Shown: piece by piece, positions 61,138-64,000 of the stretch
Layout: the number at the start of each line of letters is the position of its first letter
Numbering within the stretch: position 1 is the stretch's first letter
Origin: Macrostomum lignano
Taxonomy: Eukaryota
Length of the DNA stretch: 64,000 nucleotides
Assembly: GCA_002269645.1 (NCBI GenBank)
Contig: NIVC01003786.1
Span: 12,820 to 76,819 of the forward strand
Direction: 5' to 3'
The notes under the pieces: generated by a model
Databases searched by the model: none
The model's input: only the letters and a program-made list of their open reading frames with translations
What the model was told of the DNA's origin: nothing
Made by a program: the position numbers and the translations under genes

Positions 61138-64000
61138 ATTTCGACAACTCCTCCTTGAATAGTGGCAACTCAGCGTTGAAACTTATATGGGAAGATTGGA
61201 AATTATCCGAGGTCGGCTATAGGCTATTTTAATTCTGAAATTTTAATTTCTAAGATCCTCAAAAAAGCAGAAAACGGCGGTCTTGACCTTTGATAATCTT
61301 AATTGTCCCCTCTTTCTGCTTGGAGCTGAAAATTTGCATGAATTTTAAGTGATTGCGCCATAAAATTTTGCTACTCTGGCAGTGTATTTTCTCTCCAGTG
61401 GGGGATGGGGCGTTCTAAATGGCTGCATGTGTACAATCGGACCCTGGCTCACCGGCTGACTTTATAGACAATTGCGCAAAGATTTGTGTTCTAATTTTCA
61501 ATAGGCAGCCCTGTGATTTTGTTGAACCTTGAAATTCAATGCATAAACTTGCGGGCCTCTTTAGCAGGCAGTGAACGTACAATTGATATTTTAATGCTTT
61601 AAATCAGAAAGTTTTAAACGCTAACTGTTGCTCGAGTTTTTAACTTTGAGAGAAAAAATTAATATTGCTGGAAAGAACTTGCAAAGCTGATTTCAGGGAT
61701 ATAAATTGTTTGCTTTAAATATGAAAAGAAAAAGCACAGCATTGAAAAAACTATTTCCATACTTTTAACTTTCTGCAAAAATTGTACTCAGTTTTGCGAG
61801 ACGTAATAGATAAAGTTTGGGGGAGGGTTCAACTTCTTACTGCTGCTGTGTATTGGAGGGTTGATTTAGATTGCGCAATGTTTTTGTTAACTTTAACTGA
61901 GACTGATACTGACTGACTGTGAAATCGGTTGCGCCATCAATTTGTTTTATTATCTGTGCCTTTCAATAGGCTGCCCTGTGTAATAGCCAGCCTGTGTAAT
62001 GAATGAATAAATTTGCGAGCCTCTTTGGCAGGCAGTGAACGTACACGCGATATTTCAATGCCTTAAAACGGGAACTTTCAAACGCTAACTGCTCTTCGAG
62101 TTCTAAACTTTAAGAGAAGATACTTATCCTGCTGAAAAGATCTTGCAACGCTGAGTTCGAGGATATAAATTGTTTGCTATAAATATAAAGACTAAAAGAG
62201 CAGCATCAAAAAAACTATTTCCATACTTTTAGCTTTATGCAAAGATTGTACTCATTTTTTGGTTCAATGCCCCCAACAGTTCGGCGTTCAATTTCTAACT
62301 GCTACTGCGTATTGAAAAGAGGTCGGTCTCTGTGTACTGGAGGGTTGATTTAGATTGCGCAATCTTTTTGTTAACTTTAACTGAGACTGATACTGACTGA
62401 CTGAGAAATCGGTTGCGCAATCAATTGATTCAATTGGTTCAATTTTTATTTGAACACGCAGCTGTGTGTAGCTTTAACCCTAACCCTAACCCTAACAATA
62501 ACCCTAACCAATGAATCCTGATATTTATTTTTTTGACGGAGAAAATTTCGATTGAGTCCAGTTTAAAAGAGAGAATTTCGATGGTTTTCAGTTTCACGGA
62601 AAGGATTTCGAAGGAGTCCAGTTTCACGGAGAGGATTTCGATGGTTTTCAGTTGCACGGACAGGATTTCTGCTTCGCGGAGAGGATCTTGATGGATTTGG
62701 CATCTTCAATCAGTCAGAGAAAAGAGTAAAGAGAAGAATGAAAGCAGAAGAGAGATGAGATGATAGAAAACAGAGTAGAAATAAGTGGAGATATTAGACA
62801 TGACAGATTGGAGAGAAGAGGGGATTTAGGCGGGAACGAAGAGGGAGAGAGAAGAAAAGAGGAGAGAGGAGAGAAAATAGATTAGGGATAAGAGCGTACA
62901 GAGAAAATAGAAGAGAGGGGAGAGTAGAGGAGAAAGAAAGAGTGAGATGAGGGGATGAGGGATGAGAGAGGAGGGGAGACAGGAGAGACAAGAAAGGAGA
63001 AAAGAGGGGAGAAAGGAGAAAGGAGAGAGTAGAGACGAAGGACCAGTTAGAAGATATAAATACGGTAGTAGAGATGAGAGGAGAGATAGGAGAGAGAAGC
63101 GAGAGAAGAAGCGAGAGGAGAAGAGAAAGAGGAGAGAGGAGAGAGATGAAATAGATAAGAGAGTTAAGAGAGGAAAGTAGTGAGGAGAGGAGAGATGAGA
63201 GATGCGATGATAAGAGATGAGTGAGAACATAAGAGAGAAGAGAGAAGAGATTAGAGAAGAGAGGGGAGAAGATAAAAGGAGCAAGGGGAGGAGAAAAGAG
63301 AGAATGGAGAGGATAGAAAAGAGAGAAGAGAAGAGACAGGGAAAAGTGGAAAGGAGGAAAGAAAGATTGGAGACAAGTAAGTGGAGTGTGAGAGCGTATA
63401 TGAGATATGAGAAATGAGAGCAGAGAGGAAAGAAAAGAGAAGAGAGAGAGGGTTAAGAGAGACGATAGATAAGTGAATAGGGATGACATATAAAAGAGGA
63501 GAGAAGAGGGAGAGATAAGAGAGAAGAGAGAAGACAGGAGACAGAAGTGAAGAGGAGAGATATGAGAGAAGAGAGGAGACAAGAGACAGGAGAGGGTACA
63601 GACGAAAGACGAGGGAGAAAACATAAATAAGGGAGTACGGGTAGAGATGAGATGAGAGAGAGGAGAGAGAAGAGAGTCACGATAATAGCACAGAGTGGAG
63701 AGAGTAGATATGAGAGACGTGAGAGTCTTTGAGCTATGGTCTTTGAAAGGTTTTCTAAAGAATTTGGAGACGATTTGGAAGATAGGGTTCAAGACATGGA
63801 ATTTCAGTTCATGGATATTTCAGGGAATGGAATTCCGGTGATGGGAGTTCTTCCCCTTTCTCCTCCGAAGGAGGAGTTCCACTCTTATATAAATAAATTG
63901 AGTCGGCTATAGGCTATTTTAATTCTGAAATTTTAATTTCTAAGATCCTCAAAAAGCAAAAAGGCGGTCTTGACCTTTGATAATCTTAATTGTCCCTCTT
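46613..64000 (+). mobile_element. Head-to-tail array of non-autonomous Helitron-like elements (8 complete units plus 1 partial)
   Basis: Units start TC(TA)TATATACTAAAG or TTAATACTAAAAG followed by a (GTCT)n/(GTAT)n microsatellite, like Lep1-type Helitron 5' ends. They end with a CT(C/T)CTCC-GAA-GGAGGAG hairpin a few nt before CTCG(T) or a slightly eroded form of it. Approximate units: 46613-47912, 47913-50448, 50449-51680, 51681-53884, 53885-56685, 56686-58885, 58886-61080, 61081-63884, 63885-end. No TIR, TSD or RepHel ORF. Confidence 0.72.
48860..48894. repeat. Interstitial telomere-type (CCCTAA)n, longest example; shorter copies in every complete array unit
   Basis: 5 tandem CCCTAA here; 2-4 copies at about 47635, 51397, 52590, 55282, 57592, 59787 and 62476. 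Confidence 0.9.

Noticed and set aside
49311-63792. Leu/Ser-rich 150-330-aa minus-strand ORFs in the array
   Set aside because: Products of the polypurine tracts; frames are not conserved between units and no RepHel motifs are present.

Overview
Eukaryotic (animal) genomic DNA: GC-rich exons, GT-AG introns, and introns packed with private minisatellites. The style, plus one near-exact match to the spliced-leader (SL) sequence as I recall it, suggests the flatworm Macrostomum lignano; that assignment is inference. There are five protein-coding loci. (1) A 4-exon Ski/Sno gene on the minus strand (7549-4991). (2) A 17-exon SOGA/MTCL-like coiled-coil gene on the plus strand (12770-28751) with an N-terminal Cys/His motif. 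(3) A small gene with two I-set Ig domains on the minus strand (about 35060-29902). (4) A 4-exon AADAC/NCEH1-like GDXG lipase on the minus strand (40468-37314). (5) The last exon of an ORP1/2-like oxysterol-binding protein on the minus strand (46496-45704). From 46613 to the window end is a head-to-tail array of at least 8 non-autonomous Helitron-like units. Each complete unit carries (CCCTAA)n, TTGCGCAA palindromes and a 3' GAA-loop hairpin. The most interesting observations are: a 27-nt antisense-SL segment inside a structured retroelement-like 3' tail (15311-15337); the composite Helitron concatemer; and tandem arrays whose units are built from RNA-processing signals (exon end plus 5' splice site, 3' splice site, stop codon, poly(A) signal). 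No tRNA, rRNA, CRISPR array or intact transposase/RT/RepHel ORF was recognised.
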